Part shown: positions 1-10,311 of the stretch, in pieces
How the letters are laid out: each line of letters opens with the position of its first letter
How positions within the stretch are numbered: the first letter of the stretch is position 1
Origin: Alphaproteobacteria bacterium
GTDB lineage: Bacteria > Pseudomonadota > Alphaproteobacteria > Bin95
Direction: 5' to 3'
NCBI GenBank assembly: GCA_964291285.2
Contig: OZ219785.1
Coordinates: 96,001 to 160,000, forward strand
DNA length: 64,000 bases
The notes under the pieces: model-generated
The model's input: the letters and a program-made list of their open reading frames with translations, nothing else
What the model was told of the DNA's origin: nothing
The model's database searches: none
Translations under genes and position numbers: made by a program

Positions 1-670
1 CTTGGCTGTAGTGTTCGATCCATGCTTGGATCGTAGGCGATATCCACCCGGCTACATCGACTATCTGCCGATGGTCCGAGGTCAGATTTCGCTCGAAGAT
101 CGGTTCGTGATGAGCGATCCTGTTGCGCAGGTCTCGCAGCCTATCCAGCGGTCGATGCGCTTGGCGGCGGTTCAGGCGCGTACGATGCGGGAATGCGCCG
201 CGTATTGCCGGACGCCACAACGTCATTTCGTAGTTGGCCTTGCGTCCGGTCCCGATGCGACCTCCGGGGCCAAGCAAAGAGACCCAGAATCCGAACGAAA
301 GCGCCGCCACGACCTGAGCCGGCTTCATTTCCCGGTTGTCCCACAGCAAGCCTGTCTTGGCGCGTTCGACCCTTTCCAACGCTCCTTTATCGAGGCCCGC
401 GGCCGGGTTGTCGTACCAAGCCGGGCCGTATCGTTCGGAAAGCCTGCCGTGCACAGCGTTGCGCAACGCCAGTTCCAAGCCCTGCAACGGACCGTAGAAG
501 GCCGCGCTGATTGTTGTATTCCAGACATGGAGTCGGATTGCCTTCTCCCGGTCTCCTCCACCAGCGTTGAGATAGGTGCCCAAGCGCTCGTGCGAGAGGG
601 CTGCCTCAAGCCGGTCGATTACATCATCCGTGTATGAAAAGGTCTTGACGACCGGTTCCCGGTCCATCAT
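1..670 (-). CDS. Abi-like (Abi_2/AbiD-AbiF family) HEPN RNase; 3' end runs off the window
   Basis: Manual minus-strand translation from ATG 670: ...LEAALSHERLGTYL...LHVWNTTISAAFYGPLQGLELALRNAVH...VVAALSFGFWVSLL...LRDLRNRIAHHEPIF (RxxxxH HEPN motif); absent from ORF track because no stop lies in the window. Confidence 0.85.
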   Translation of the reverse strand, partial: MMDREPVVKTFSYTDDVIDRLEAALSHERLGTYLNAGGGDREKAIRLHVWNTTISAAFYGPLQGLELALRNAVHGRLSERYGPAWYDNPAAGLDKGALERVERAKTGLLWDNREMKPAQVVAALSFGFWVSLLGPGGRIGTGRKANYEMTLWRPAIRGAFPHRTRLNRRQAHRPLDRLRDLRNRIAHHEPIFERNLTSDHRQIVDVAGWISPTIQAWIEHYSQ

Positions 671-761
671 GTTGGGTTTGTGCACCCCGGACCCGCCTCT
701 GCCATTTGGTATGCGCCCGGGGTTTCGCTTTTTCCGCTTTCGGTCATGCCCAAGGCTCCTT

Positions 762-1427
762 TCAGGGCTCAATGCGGCAATCCAGTTTCACGGCCTCCTC
801 CGGCAGCCCGGACAGCGTCGCAATCCGCGACCGGGCCCAGTTCATGACAGCAGCGATCGTGTCCGGTTCCGATCTAGGCACTTCGTCCTTTACTGTTTCA
901 TCAGCAACTTCGGGCTCCCTGTCCATCGCTCCAGCCAAAAGGTGGGTCCTGATCGGCGGATACACGGATGCGAGACCGGATCCGACACTTGCTGGCAAAC
1001 CCCGACGATCCACGTCGAGGCCGACCCACATGCCGTAACCATCCGGTTCGCTTTGTCCGGCTCCGGTGCGCGCCGCATAGGATTCGTCGAACCGTTTCCG
1101 AACTTCGCCGGCGTCGAAGCGGTAGACTTCGACATGCTTGGGGTCGTCGCGATTATCCACTGCGGCAACCACAACAACATCGACATCGCTCAACGTTTTC
1201 CACTTCGTCCCGTTTTCCATCGGCGGAAATGCAAACCACCGGTCCTGTGTCGTCCGAATGGCGACCCGCTTGATCCGACCGCTCTCTTCAGCGGCCCAGA
1301 CATTCGACCTGCCGCGACCGGGAAGCCGCCTTAGCTCCGCCGTCGTTTCCGTCAGTGCCCGCTTCGCGGCGTCCACCAAGACGCGCCGGCGTTCAGTGCG
1401 AGACATTTGGTTGAATTGGTTTGTCAT
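762..1427 (-). CDS. Hypothetical protein, co-oriented upstream of the Abi-like gene
   Basis: ORF with globular-looking composition (KRVAIRTTQDRWFAF, WKTLSDVDVVVVAAVD); AGGAG RBS before ATG 1427; AT-rich upstream region. Confidence 0.7.
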   Translation of the reverse strand: MTNQFNQMSRTERRRVLVDAAKRALTETTAELRRLPGRGRSNVWAAEESGRIKRVAIRTTQDRWFAFPPMENGTKWKTLSDVDVVVVAAVDNRDDPKHVEVYRFDAGEVRKRFDESYAARTGAGQSEPDGYGMWVGLDVDRRGLPASVGSGLASVYPPIRTHLLAGAMDREPEVADETVKDEVPRSEPDTIAAVMNWARSRIATLSGLPEEAVKLDCRIEP

Positions 1428-1594
1428 ACTTTCTCTCCTCTTTTTTGTTTTCAGAGATACGGCTGAATAAAGACACACTTAGCTCTATATGTCAACATAT
1501 ATTTTCAGGACAATGAAATACAATGAACATACACAGCCATGTTTGCTCACGTCCGCATCTTCTCGGAATACGGTTATCGACTGGTCGATCTGCC

Positions 1595-1768
1595 CTGCGC
1601 TGCCCCTGGCACGGCTGGGAGTTCGACCTCGCCACCGGCGAGAGCCGCTTCGACCCCCGCCGCCACAAAACCCGCGCCTACCGCGTCACCGCCGAACCGG
1701 CCGAGGACCTCCGCGCCGAAACCGTCCCCGTCCGCGTCGAGGAGGACTATGTGGTCGTGGAGACGTGA
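1595..1768 (+). pseudogene. C-terminal fragment of a Rieske (2Fe-2S) ferredoxin
   Basis: RCPWHGWEFDLATG and VRVEEDYVVVE present; first CxH motif missing. Confidence 0.7.
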
Positions 1769-2290
1769 GGCAGGCCGGGCGACCTACCGGGACGTGCTGG
1801 ACGCGCCGGCGCACATGGGGGCGGAAACCGTCGAAGGCGCGCTGCATCTTCAGCCGCGGCCGGCGGGCCGGCATAGGCTGGCGGGGTCGTCGCCCGGCGG
1901 CGAGCTTGTCAGCCCGTTCCAGAAAGGCCGGGGCGGGCCGGGCGGCTGGTGGATACTCGACGAACCGGAGCTCCATTTCGGCGGGGACGTACTGGTGCCG
2001 GACCTTGCGGGCTGGCGCCGGGAGCGGATTGCCTGCGGTTCCGGATACGCCCTATTGCACGCTCGCGCCGGACCGGGTGTGCGAAGTGCTTTCCCCTTCG
2101 ACGCGGAAGTTCGACCTCGAGGAAAACGCCCCGTCTATGCGCGGGAGGGCGTCGGCCATCTCCGGCTGGTCGATCCGGCAGCGCGGACGCTGGAGGCATT
2201 TGCGCTTGCGAACGGGGACCGGTCGCCCGCAGGGTCGGCGAGGAACGACGACACCGTGTCCCTCCCGCCCTTCGATTCCCCCTCGACGCC
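1765..2290 (+). pseudogene. Uma2-family endonuclease, frameshifted
   Basis: ATYRDVLDAPAH, GGPGGWWILDEPELHFGGDVLVPDLAGWRRER; APDRVCEVLSPST and YAREGVGHLRLVDP lie in different frames. Confidence 0.75.
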
Positions 2291-2298
2291 CTCTGGCC

Positions 2299-2600
2299 CT
2301 AAAGCGCGCCGGCCCGCATCCAGTTTTCGATGCTCAGGCCGTCGAATGCGTGGAAGTCTCCGGTGTTCGACGTCACGAGAATCGATGAATTGGTGTGAGC
2401 GATCGCAGCAATTTGCCCGTCCGCAAAGGGGGGAGTCCGGCCGGCGGCAGCCTGGAACAACCGAAGCGCAACTCGTGCCAGACCGGAGCAGGGACCGCGA
2501 CTTCACCTTCATAGTCCCGGAGGCGCCGGACGACACCGGCGCTCGGCCGCGGCCGCAGAGGCTCCGAGACGGTATTGGTGTCCAGTAAATAACTTCCCAT
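2299..2600 (-). pseudogene. vapC: VapC/PIN-domain toxin remnant (internal deletion and frameshift)
   Basis: YLLDTNTVSE...VWHELRFG; C-terminal DGQIAAIA...ILVTSNTGDF...IENW in another frame. Confidence 0.7.
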
Positions 2601-2867
2601 GAAGCACCTGCTTCGGCATCCTTGCCAGGGCCTTCCATTCGAGGCATGTGTGACATAAGCAGTTGCGTTGACAGGGTTATTTTAGTCCGCTAGATTGCGG
2701 CCATGGAACTCACAGTCGCCAAACGAGACAAGAGAGCGAGTGCTTACGACCCGTTTCGCACGCTCGCATTCCCGCTGCGCTTACGAGAAAATCGACCCGT
2801 TCCGCCGCAGAACGCCATCCGTCGAATCCGGTGTAATGCTTCCGTTCTCGGGTGATGGATGTAGATT

Positions 2868-3749
2868 TCAGCGATTGAGGGTTTGTTTCCAGTCTCGTTT
2901 CAGCGGGCGCAGCCAGATGTCCTTTCTGGGTTCGGCGCGCCTCATGAGGGTGTCGTAGCGGCCGCGTCCCTGAGTGGTCCCGACGCGGGTCCAGCCCGAC
3001 GCCTTGTAGACGGCGCCGGAGTAGCGGGGCGTTTCGACGAAGGTCTCGATGAGCACGGGCGTGATGTTGTAGCGCTCGGTCCAGTCGGTGGGCAGGCGCC
3101 GTCGCACGATGGCGAGGATGTGCGAGCCGAGATTGGGGATCTCGACCCACGGCAATATCAGGAAGCGCGGGTTGTCGACCACCAGCGGCAGGTTCTTTTC
3201 GCGCATCTCGGGCGACCATCCGATGAAGCTGTCGCGCGAGGCGAGCTTCCATGCGGCGGTGGAGAAGCCGAGCATGGCCAGCGGCCAGCCGTTCCGGTCA
3301 TGGACGGCGTAGCGCATCTGGGCGCCGACCAGGGGCTTGTATCCGAGATAGTGGTAGCGGGCGACGAACTCGTTCCAGAGCTTGCCATCGCGGGTGTCGC
3401 GCACGACCGTGCGGAAGTCGAGGGGGCGAACCTCGTCGAGGGTCGTCGGCGCCGGGAACAGCGGCGGCTCGGTGTCGGGCCCGAAGACGATGGGCCTGGG
3501 CCGGCCCTGTTTTCCCCTCGGCGGCGGCAGGACGATCACGCCGTCGCGGTGCATGGCGAGCATGGTCACCTTGGCCATCATGTCCTTGAGGCCGCCGTCG
3601 GGCTTGAACCACTCGATACGCCGGCAGAACTCTCTGGACAGGGCGGCGCGGGTCGGCTGCGGGTTGGCGGCGATCAGGGCGCGCAGCAACGCCATCTCGT
3701 CGGCGGTGAAGTCGCGCCCGTAGTAGCGGCACTCGACGGCGCCGGTCAT
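2868..3749 (-). CDS. DUF4338 (DruA-like) protein
   Basis: RYYGRDF, LWNEFVARYHYLGY..LVGAQMRY, RDSFIGW, NPRFLILPWV.IPNLGSHIL, ETFVETPRYSGAVYKASGWTRVGTTQGRG; ATGA overlap with transposase stop. Confidence 0.85.
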   Translation of the reverse strand: MTGAVECRYYGRDFTADEMALLRALIAANPQPTRAALSREFCRRIEWFKPDGGLKDMMAKVTMLAMHRDGVIVLPPPRGKQGRPRPIVFGPDTEPPLFPAPTTLDEVRPLDFRTVVRDTRDGKLWNEFVARYHYLGYKPLVGAQMRYAVHDRNGWPLAMLGFSTAAWKLASRDSFIGWSPEMREKNLPLVVDNPRFLILPWVEIPNLGSHILAIVRRRLPTDWTERYNITPVLIETFVETPRYSGAVYKASGWTRVGTTQGRGRYDTLMRRAEPRKDIWLRPLKRDWKQTLNR

Positions 3750-6262
3750 TCCTGCGCCGTGAACTTGCGCCTGCGCGCCTCGCTCATCGTCCAGGGCAGC
3801 CACGGGGACAGGTCTTCCGGCGGTTTGCCGCCGTCCTTCGCGCAGGCTTCGAGCCATGCCTCCAGCCAGCGCAGGACATTGATGCCGTTGATCGAGAGCG
3901 TACCCACGACCGAGTACATGATCGCGGTGAACTTCGCGCCGTCCTCGCTGTTGGAACCGAAGCTCGCCCGGCGTCCGATGACCGGCCCGCGGAGCACGCG
4001 TTCGGCGAGATTGTTGTCCATCGGAACCTGGGGATTGTCGACGAAGACGCACAACCCTTCGCGATGCTTGAGCAGCGAGCGCAGGGCCTTTGCCTTGCGC
4101 GCTTTTTCCGGCAGGCCGGCCAACTCCGCCACGGCGTCCGCGAACAGGCGCTCGACCACCTTCTTCAACTTGTCCTGCGCCGCGTCGAAGGCCGGCGTCT
4201 GGCGTTCGAGAGCGCGAGCGGGGTCGTAATGCTTCAGCCTTTCGTCGTTCAGGCGGTAGATCTCCCCGATCCGCTCGATCCATCCCTCGCACCAGCGGGC
4301 CAGCCGCGCATGGCCGGCGGCGCCCTCGACGAAGTCGCGCCTCTGATGCGCCCAACAGAAGCAGAGGATCGCCTTGCCGTCGAGTTCGCGCGCCAGCTTC
4401 CTGTAGGCGCTGTAGCGGTCGCAGACCACGAACACGGTGCAATCGGTGTCGCCGAACAGGGTCTTCGCGACCTCGGCGCTGCGCGAGGGATCGATAAGGA
4501 AGTAGACCGCGTCCTTGCTGACCGAAGTCCACAGCCAGGCGCGGCTCGACCGGCCGTTGCGGCGGAACTCCTGCACCCGCCAGCCGGTCTCGTCGGCATG
4601 GCGCACCGTTGTCCGGTTCTGATGCGCGAGGATCGCCTTGTGGATCGGGTCGAACAGCGGCACGAAGCGCTTCAGGCTGTTGGCCAGCGTGCCCGCCGAG
4701 ACCGGCAGGCCCTGGTCGGCATACCACGCTGCGACCCGGCTCAGCGGGCGCAGGCACGCACAGTGCTCGAACAGGAACCGTGCCCAGAAGCCGGTTCCGT
4801 AGAGCGTTCCGGGGAACAGCCGCGCCACCGGCGGCGCGGTCGCCTCCAGCGGCGACGACACACACTCGCAACCCCGGCGCCAGCGCGGCCGCTCGATCCT
4901 GCGGATGTGAGCCTTGACCTCGATCTCGATGAGGCTCGTGGAACGCTCGCCGTTGGCGACATAGGGCTTGCCGCAGCAGGAACAGAGGCGCGCATCCTTG
5001 GGCGGGTTGCGCCGTTCCTTCTTCTCCCGGAGACCGGGCCGCCTGGTACGGCCGTGGCCCGGCGCGCCGGGCTGCTGGCCGCGCTTGCGCCCCGTGCCGG
5101 CTTTCTTCTGCTTCTCGCTCCTGCTGCCGAACAGCGCCTTCGACAGAACGCTGCGGGTCGAGCGCAGCTTCTCGACCTGGGCTTCCAGCGTCTCGGCGCG
5201 CGAGGCCAGCGCTGTCCTCTCGGCCCGCAACTCCCGCACCTCGGTGCGCAGTCGGGCGTTGCGCCGGCGCACCGATTCGATGACGTCCTTCGCCCGCACG
5301 GTCGCCTTGCGATGCTGGACAAGCCGCTTGCTCAGGGGCCCGACGACGGCCTGTTGGCGTTCCCACGACCGCGCACGATACGAACGCTCCCGCGCAATCT
5401 CCCGGTGCAGACGGTCGGTCTCGTCGCGATGCCGGGCTTCGAGCCGCTGCCGATATTCCAGGGATTTTCCGATCGACCAGTGAAGATCGGCGTTCTCGCT
5501 GTCGAGCCATTTGCACCGGCTCTCCAAGGCCCTCGCCGTCTTCTGCAGGGCGGCATTCTCCGCGCGCAACGCCTTGATCGCGTCCGCCAGGACCGTCGAC
5601 GCCGACGCCTCCTCGCCGAGCGCCGCGACCTCCATGCCGAGCCGCGCGACTTCCTTGTCCAGTCGTGCTGTTGCCTTGTGCGCCTCGCGCAGTTCCGTGC
5701 GCAGCGCCTCGATCATGTCCTCCTGCCGGTCCGTCCGCTCCAGGGCTTTGCTCAACCTGGCGCCTTCCCTCGACAGGGACGCCTGCGCCGCCCGTTCCGA
5801 CTTCCGCAGCGCCGATATCTCCCCGCGCAAGGACGCGATCTTGTCCTTCTGCTCCTGCGCTCGCTCCAGCGCCTTGTGCAGCCGGGCGTTCTCCCTCCGC
5901 AGTCGTCCGTTCGCGCCCTTTCTCGAATCGACGCCGGCTTCCGCAAGCAGCTTCTCCAGCCGCGCCACCTCCGCCTGATGGAACAGTGCATCCTTCGCCG
6001 CACGGCGAATACGCGCCGTCTCCTCGACGGCCGCCTTCAGCCTGGTCCGGCTCCTGTCGAGCTGCCACTTCAGAGAACCCGCCCGGGAACGCGCGGCCCT
6101 CTCCGTCCGGAGCAACTCCTTGATACGCGCTTCCGCCGCTTCCGCCCGCGCCCGCCAGTCGCGCAGCTCGCTCGGCACCGCCGACATCGGAGGCGACCAG
6201 ATCGCCTCCTCCCCCTCCGGCAGCGCCAGCGCTGTCCCGAAATCCCCGTCGCGCATCGCCAT
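3746..6262 (-). CDS. IS66-family transposase with very long N-terminal coiled coil
   Basis: LFGSRSEK, GQQPGAPGHGR, CSCCG zinc finger, HADETGWRV, CDRYSAY, CWAHQRRDF, DNNLAERVLR. Confidence 0.9.
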   Translation of the reverse strand: MAMRDGDFGTALALPEGEEAIWSPPMSAVPSELRDWRARAEAAEARIKELLRTERAARSRAGSLKWQLDRSRTRLKAAVEETARIRRAAKDALFHQAEVARLEKLLAEAGVDSRKGANGRLRRENARLHKALERAQEQKDKIASLRGEISALRKSERAAQASLSREGARLSKALERTDRQEDMIEALRTELREAHKATARLDKEVARLGMEVAALGEEASASTVLADAIKALRAENAALQKTARALESRCKWLDSENADLHWSIGKSLEYRQRLEARHRDETDRLHREIARERSYRARSWERQQAVVGPLSKRLVQHRKATVRAKDVIESVRRRNARLRTEVRELRAERTALASRAETLEAQVEKLRSTRSVLSKALFGSRSEKQKKAGTGRKRGQQPGAPGHGRTRRPGLREKKERRNPPKDARLCSCCGKPYVANGERSTSLIEIEVKAHIRRIERPRWRRGCECVSSPLEATAPPVARLFPGTLYGTGFWARFLFEHCACLRPLSRVAAWYADQGLPVSAGTLANSLKRFVPLFDPIHKAILAHQNRTTVRHADETGWRVQEFRRNGRSSRAWLWTSVSKDAVYFLIDPSRSAEVAKTLFGDTDCTVFVVCDRYSAYRKLARELDGKAILCFCWAHQRRDFVEGAAGHARLARWCEGWIERIGEIYRLNDERLKHYDPARALERQTPAFDAAQDKLKKVVERLFADAVAELAGLPEKARKAKALRSLLKHREGLCVFVDNPQVPMDNNLAERVLRGPVIGRRASFGSNSEDGAKFTAIMYSVVGTLSINGINVLRWLEAWLEACAKDGGKPPEDLSPWLPWTMSEARRRKFTAQE

Positions 6263-6575
6263 GCGCGCGACAATAGCGAATCGTCAAAGGCGTTACCAGA
6301 AGCCTTTGCACGGCCGCTACGACACCCTCATGAGGCGCGCCGAACCCAGAAAGGACATCTGGCTGCGCCCGCTGAAACGAGACTGGAAACAAACCCTCAA
6401 TCGCTGAAATCTCAATCCATCACCCGATAACGGAAGCATTACCTCTCAGGGTAGTGCGGCGAACCGGTGATGGCGGAAACAATCTATTGGTAACAATACC
6501 TTATAGTCTCCTGGAGCACGCCAGTTCCTGCTCTGCTCCCGTCTGTCCCGATTGTTCAAAAAATAAGTCTGACTT

Positions 6576-6654
6576 TGTCATGTTTTGTCATGAAGCGCGC
6601 CCGGCCTCCCTGGCGATATGTCCCGATATGTCATGAGATGTCATGTTCTTCATG
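6576..6654. repeat. 10-bp-phased TGTCATG direct repeats
   Basis: TGTCATG at 6576, 6586, 6629, 6639; variants at 6619 (TGTCCCG) and 6649 (TTCATG). Confidence 0.6.
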
Positions 6655-7199
6655 CGCAGGGTTCATATGCTGTAGCCGGTTTGGGCATGGGCCTCTCCGC
6701 TCCTTGACCTCCTCTCCCGCCGGGCGGGAGAGGAGCATGCGCTGCCACCCACCGGCGCCCGCGGCGGCGCTGCGCTCCTATCCTCCGCATAGGCGCTGGC
6801 AAGGGCCTCTGCGGCGGGGAGCGAGCCTTTCGGCCGGCATCGCGGCCAGTTGGGGGTCGGTTGCGGTCATCGTCTCTCCTCTCTTCTCCGACGGGGAGCG
6901 GGTCCCTTTTCCGCGCGTATCCTGCGCGGGCGCCCGCGCCTGCCCGGGCGCGTGTCGGCGCCGGCGCGGTTCGCGCGCCTGATTGCGCGCGCGAGACGCA
7001 GGACGCACGTCTCCCGTCGGCTTCTCACGGGTTTTCAGAAACCGGCGCCGCTCGGCCGCGCGGCACCCGGGGACGCGGCTCCGGAGTCCGCTTCCCTGGG
7101 GACCATCATATCACAATCCGCCAGATGTCAAGCCCAAAACACGAACAAAAAGCAATTTCATCAGATTTTTTTCAATTTCCACAGAAACCGGAACGGGCG

Positions 7200-7228
7200 T
7201 TGACGGGGCGGTGGCGGGCGGTTAGGTT
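7200..7228 (+). promoter_or_regulatory. Putative sigma70 promoter of the ffh operon
   Basis: TTGACG-N17-TAGGTT upstream of ffh. Confidence 0.5.
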
Positions 7229-7340
7229 GCGCGCCGTTTCGCCATAGCGTTGCACGCACGCCTCCGAGGAGGCCCGCCGGTCCGCGAGGGTTCGCGCATC
7301 GGTGCGTTCGGCGTTGGACAGGCGGGAGGAAGCGGCAGGC

Positions 7341-8696
7341 ATGTTCGAGGGACTGACGGAGCGGCTCGGCGACGTCTTCGGGCGTCTCACCCGGCGCGGT
7401 TCGCTCTCCGCCGGCGATGTCGAGGCGGCGCTTCGCGAGGTGCGGGTGGCGCTGCTGGAGGCGGATGCGGCGCTGCCGGCCGTGCGCGCGCTCCTCGACG
7501 CGGTGAAGGAGCAGGCCGTCGGACACGAGGTGCTGCGGTCCGTCATGCCCGGCCAGCAGGTCGTCAAGATCGTCCATGACCGCATGGTCGAGATGCTGGG
7601 CGGCGAGGCCGAGGACCTCCACCTCGGCGGCAATCCCCCGCTCGCCATGCTGATGCTGGGCCTGCAGGGCTCCGGCAAGACGACGACGACCGCCAAGCTC
7701 GCCCGCCGCCTGACGGACCGGGACGGCAAGAAAGTGCTCATGGCGTCGGTGGACGTCTATCGGCCCGCCGCCCAGCAGCAGCTTGAGGTGCTGGGAAAGC
7801 AGGCGGGGATCGACACCCTGCCCATCGTGTTCGGCGAACGCCCGCCCGCCATCGCGCGGCGCGCCATGCGCATCGCCGCGCGCGAGGGCTACGACATCGT
7901 CTTCATCGACACTGCCGGCCGGCTCGCCATCGACCGCGAGATGATGGACGAGGCGGCGGCGCTGCGCGACCTGGTGAAGCCGGTGGAATCGCTGCTGGTC
8001 GCCGACGCGATGACAGGCCAGGACGCCGTCAACACCGCCCGGGCCTTCAACGAGGAGGTCGGCGTCACCGGCATCGTGCTGACCCGGATCGACGGCGACG
8101 CGCGCGGCGGCGCGGCGCTCTCCATGCGCCATGTCACCGGGCGGCCGATCAAGTTCGTCGGCACAGGCGAGCAGCTCGACCGCATCGAGGTCTTCCACCC
8201 CGAGCGGATCGCCTCGCGCATTCTCGGCATGGGCGATGTCGTCGGCCTCGTGGAGCGCGCCGCCGAGACCATCGAGCAGGAAGAGGCCGAAAAGCTCGCC
8301 GCCCGGCTCAGCCGCGGGCGCATGGACCTGAACGACCTGCTGACCCAGCTCCGCCAGATGAAGAAGATGGGCGGGCTCGGCGGGCTGATGGGAATGCTGC
8401 CGCAGGTCGGCCGGATGAAGGCCGAAATGGCGAAGGCGAAGCTCGATGAAAAATGGCTCGTGCGCCAGGAGGCGATCATCCTCTCGATGACGCCCCGCGA
8501 GCGCGCCCGGCCGGATATCGTCAAGGCGTCGCGCAAGCGGCGCATCGCGGCCGGGGCCGGCGCCTCGGTGCAGGACGTGAACCGGATGCTCAAACAGTTC
8601 CAGCAGATGCAGACGATGATGAAGCGCGTCGGCAAGCTGGAGAAGCGCGGCGCGCTTGCGGGCCGGGGCCTCGACGCCCTGCTGGCCCGGCGCTGA
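7341..8696 (+). CDS. ffh: Signal recognition particle protein
   Basis: [15 protein letters not shown], Met-rich M domain; operon context. Confidence 0.98.
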   Translation: MFEGLTERLGDVFGRLTRRGSLSAGDVEAALREVRVALLEADAALPAVRALLDAVKEQAVGHEVLRSVMPGQQVVKIVHDRMVEMLGGEAEDLHLGGNPPLAMLMLGLQGSGKTTTTAKLARRLTDRDGKKVLMASVDVYRPAAQQQLEVLGKQAGIDTLPIVFGERPPAIARRAMRIAAREGYDIVFIDTAGRLAIDREMMDEAAALRDLVKPVESLLVADAMTGQDAVNTARAFNEEVGVTGIVLTRIDGDARGGAALSMRHVTGRPIKFVGTGEQLDRIEVFHPERIASRILGMGDVVGLVERAAETIEQEEAEKLAARLSRGRMDLNDLLTQLRQMKKMGGLGGLMGMLPQVGRMKAEMAKAKLDEKWLVRQEAIILSMTPRERARPDIVKASRKRRIAAGAGASVQDVNRMLKQFQQMQTMMKRVGKLEKRGALAGRGLDALLARR

Positions 8697-8734
8697 CCCC
8701 GGCAACCCCTTCCTTCCACCTTCACGGAAAGCTC

Positions 8735-9082
8735 ATGGCACTCAGGATTCGACTGACCCGCGGCGGCGCCAAGCGCCGGCCCTTCTACCGCATCGTCGTC
8801 GCCGAGGGCTCCTCGCCCCGCGACGGCCGCTTCATCGAGATTCTCGGCTTCTACAACCCGATGATGCCGAAGGACCACGAGGACCGGCTGCGCCTCAAGG
8901 AAGAGCGTATCCGGCACTGGCTGTCGGTCGGCGCGACGCCGTCGGAGCGCGTGGCCCGGTTCCTCGGCGCGGCCGGCATCGCCGAGCCGCCGGCGGTGCC
9001 GCAGCAGACCAGGCAGCATCTGCCCAAGGCCAAGGCGCAGGAGCGCATGAAGGCCAAGGCGGAAGCCGCGGCGGCGGAATAA
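8735..9082 (+). CDS. rpsP: 30S ribosomal protein S16
   Basis: [23 protein letters not shown]...PRDGRFIE. Confidence 0.98.
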   Translation: MALRIRLTRGGAKRRPFYRIVVAEGSSPRDGRFIEILGFYNPMMPKDHEDRLRLKEERIRHWLSVGATPSERVARFLGAAGIAEPPAVPQQTRQHLPKAKAQERMKAKAEAAAAE

Positions 9083-9103
9083 CCCGGACGGAGCGGCCGG
9101 CCG

Positions 9104-9610
9104 ATGGACGCTTCCCGCCTCTGTCTCGGCGTCATTGCCGGGGCGCACGGGCTGCAGGGCGCGGTCAGGGTCAAGACCTTCACCGCCCTGCCGGACGCCA
9201 TTGCCGGTTACGGCCCGCTGGAGGATGCCGCCGGCAGCCGGCGCTTCGCGCTCCGGCTGGTGAGGATCGAGAAAGGCATGGCGCTGGTGCAGATCGACGG
9301 CGTGGAGGACCGGACCGCAGCCGAGGCGCTCAAGGGCGTCGAGCTCTTCCTCGACCGGGCGGCGCTGCCGCCGGAGGAGGACGAGGAGGAGTTCTACCAT
9401 GCGGACCTTGTCGGCCTTGCCGCGGTCGATGTGAACGGCGCCCGGCTCGGCACGGTGCGCGCGCTGCACGATTTCGGCGCCGGCGACCTGATCGAGGTGC
9501 TGCCGGACGAGGGCGGCCAGCCCCGCGTCTTTCCCTTCACGCGCGAGGCCGTGCCGGCAATCGACTTTGCCGCACGCACGGTCACCATAGATCCGCCGGA
9601 GGGGCTGTGA
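9104..9610 (+). CDS. rimM: Ribosome maturation factor RimM
   Basis: [35 protein letters not shown]. Confidence 0.97.
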   Translation: MDASRLCLGVIAGAHGLQGAVRVKTFTALPDAIAGYGPLEDAAGSRRFALRLVRIEKGMALVQIDGVEDRTAAEALKGVELFLDRAALPPEEDEEEFYHADLVGLAAVDVNGARLGTVRALHDFGAGDLIEVLPDEGGQPRVFPFTREAVPAIDFAARTVTIDPPEGL

Positions 9611-10311
9611 CCTGGTCCGCGACAGTGCTGACGCTGTTCCCGGAGATGTTTCCGGGGCCGCTCGGCCATTCGCTTGCCGGCCGGGCGCTGGATGCGGGCG
9701 TCTGGCGGCTCAAGACGGTGGACATTCGCGCCTTTGCGCGCGATAAGCACGCCTCCGTGGACGACACGCCGTTCGGCGGGGGCGCCGGCATGGTCATGCG
9801 CGCGGACGTGGTGTCGGACGCGATCCACGCCGCCTGGGACCGGCGGGGTCCGCTGATCCACCTCTCGCCGCGCGGCCGGCCGCTCACGCAGAGCCGGGCG
9901 GCGGCGCTGGCCGGGGGGCCGGGGCCGGTCCTGCTCTGCGGGCGTTACGAGGGGATCGACCAGCGCCTCCTCGACGCCTGGGCGCCGGAGGAGATGAGCC
10001 TCGGGGACTTCGTGCTGTCCGGCGGCGAGCCGGCGGCGATTGCCCTGCTGGATGCCTGCGTGCGGCTCCTGCCGGGCGTGGCGGGCAAGGCGGAGTCGGT
10101 GCGGGAGGAGAGTTTCGAGAGCGGGCTGCTGGAATACCCGCATTACACGCGCCCGGCGGTCTGGGCCGGGCGCGCGGCGCCGGAAGTCCTGCTTTCGGGC
10201 CACCACTGCAACATCCGCGCCTGGCGGCAGGCGCGGGCGGAAGACATAACGCGGACGCGGCGGCCCGACCTGTGGGCCCGCCGGGCGGAAAACGAGGACC
10301 GAAGGCGATGA
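9607..10311 (+). CDS. trmD: tRNA (guanine-N1)-methyltransferase
   Basis: [42 protein letters not shown]; GTG start overlapping the rimM stop. Confidence 0.97.
   Translation: MTWSATVLTLFPEMFPGPLGHSLAGRALDAGVWRLKTVDIRAFARDKHASVDDTPFGGGAGMVMRADVVSDAIHAAWDRRGPLIHLSPRGRPLTQSRAAALAGGPGPVLLCGRYEGIDQRLLDAWAPEEMSLGDFVLSGGEPAAIALLDACVRLLPGVAGKAESVREESFESGLLEYPHYTRPAVWAGRAAPEVLLSGHHCNIRAWRQARAEDITRTRRPDLWARRAENEDRRR

Larger units (their letters stand above)
2833..6442 (-). mobile_element. IS66-related element with 132-bp terminal inverted repeats and DUF4338 passenger
   Basis: GTAA...TTAC termini; 2833-2964 is the reverse complement of 6311-6442 (3 mismatches seen); no target duplication evident. Confidence 0.85.

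Noticed and set aside
2-637. Plus-strand 211-aa ORF
   Set aside because: Antisense shadow of the minus-strand Abi-like gene, which carries the real motifs
2868-6392. 1174-aa ORF as a single protein
   Set aside because: Only the last 293 aa (DUF4338) look real; the rest is an alternative frame of the IS66 transposase
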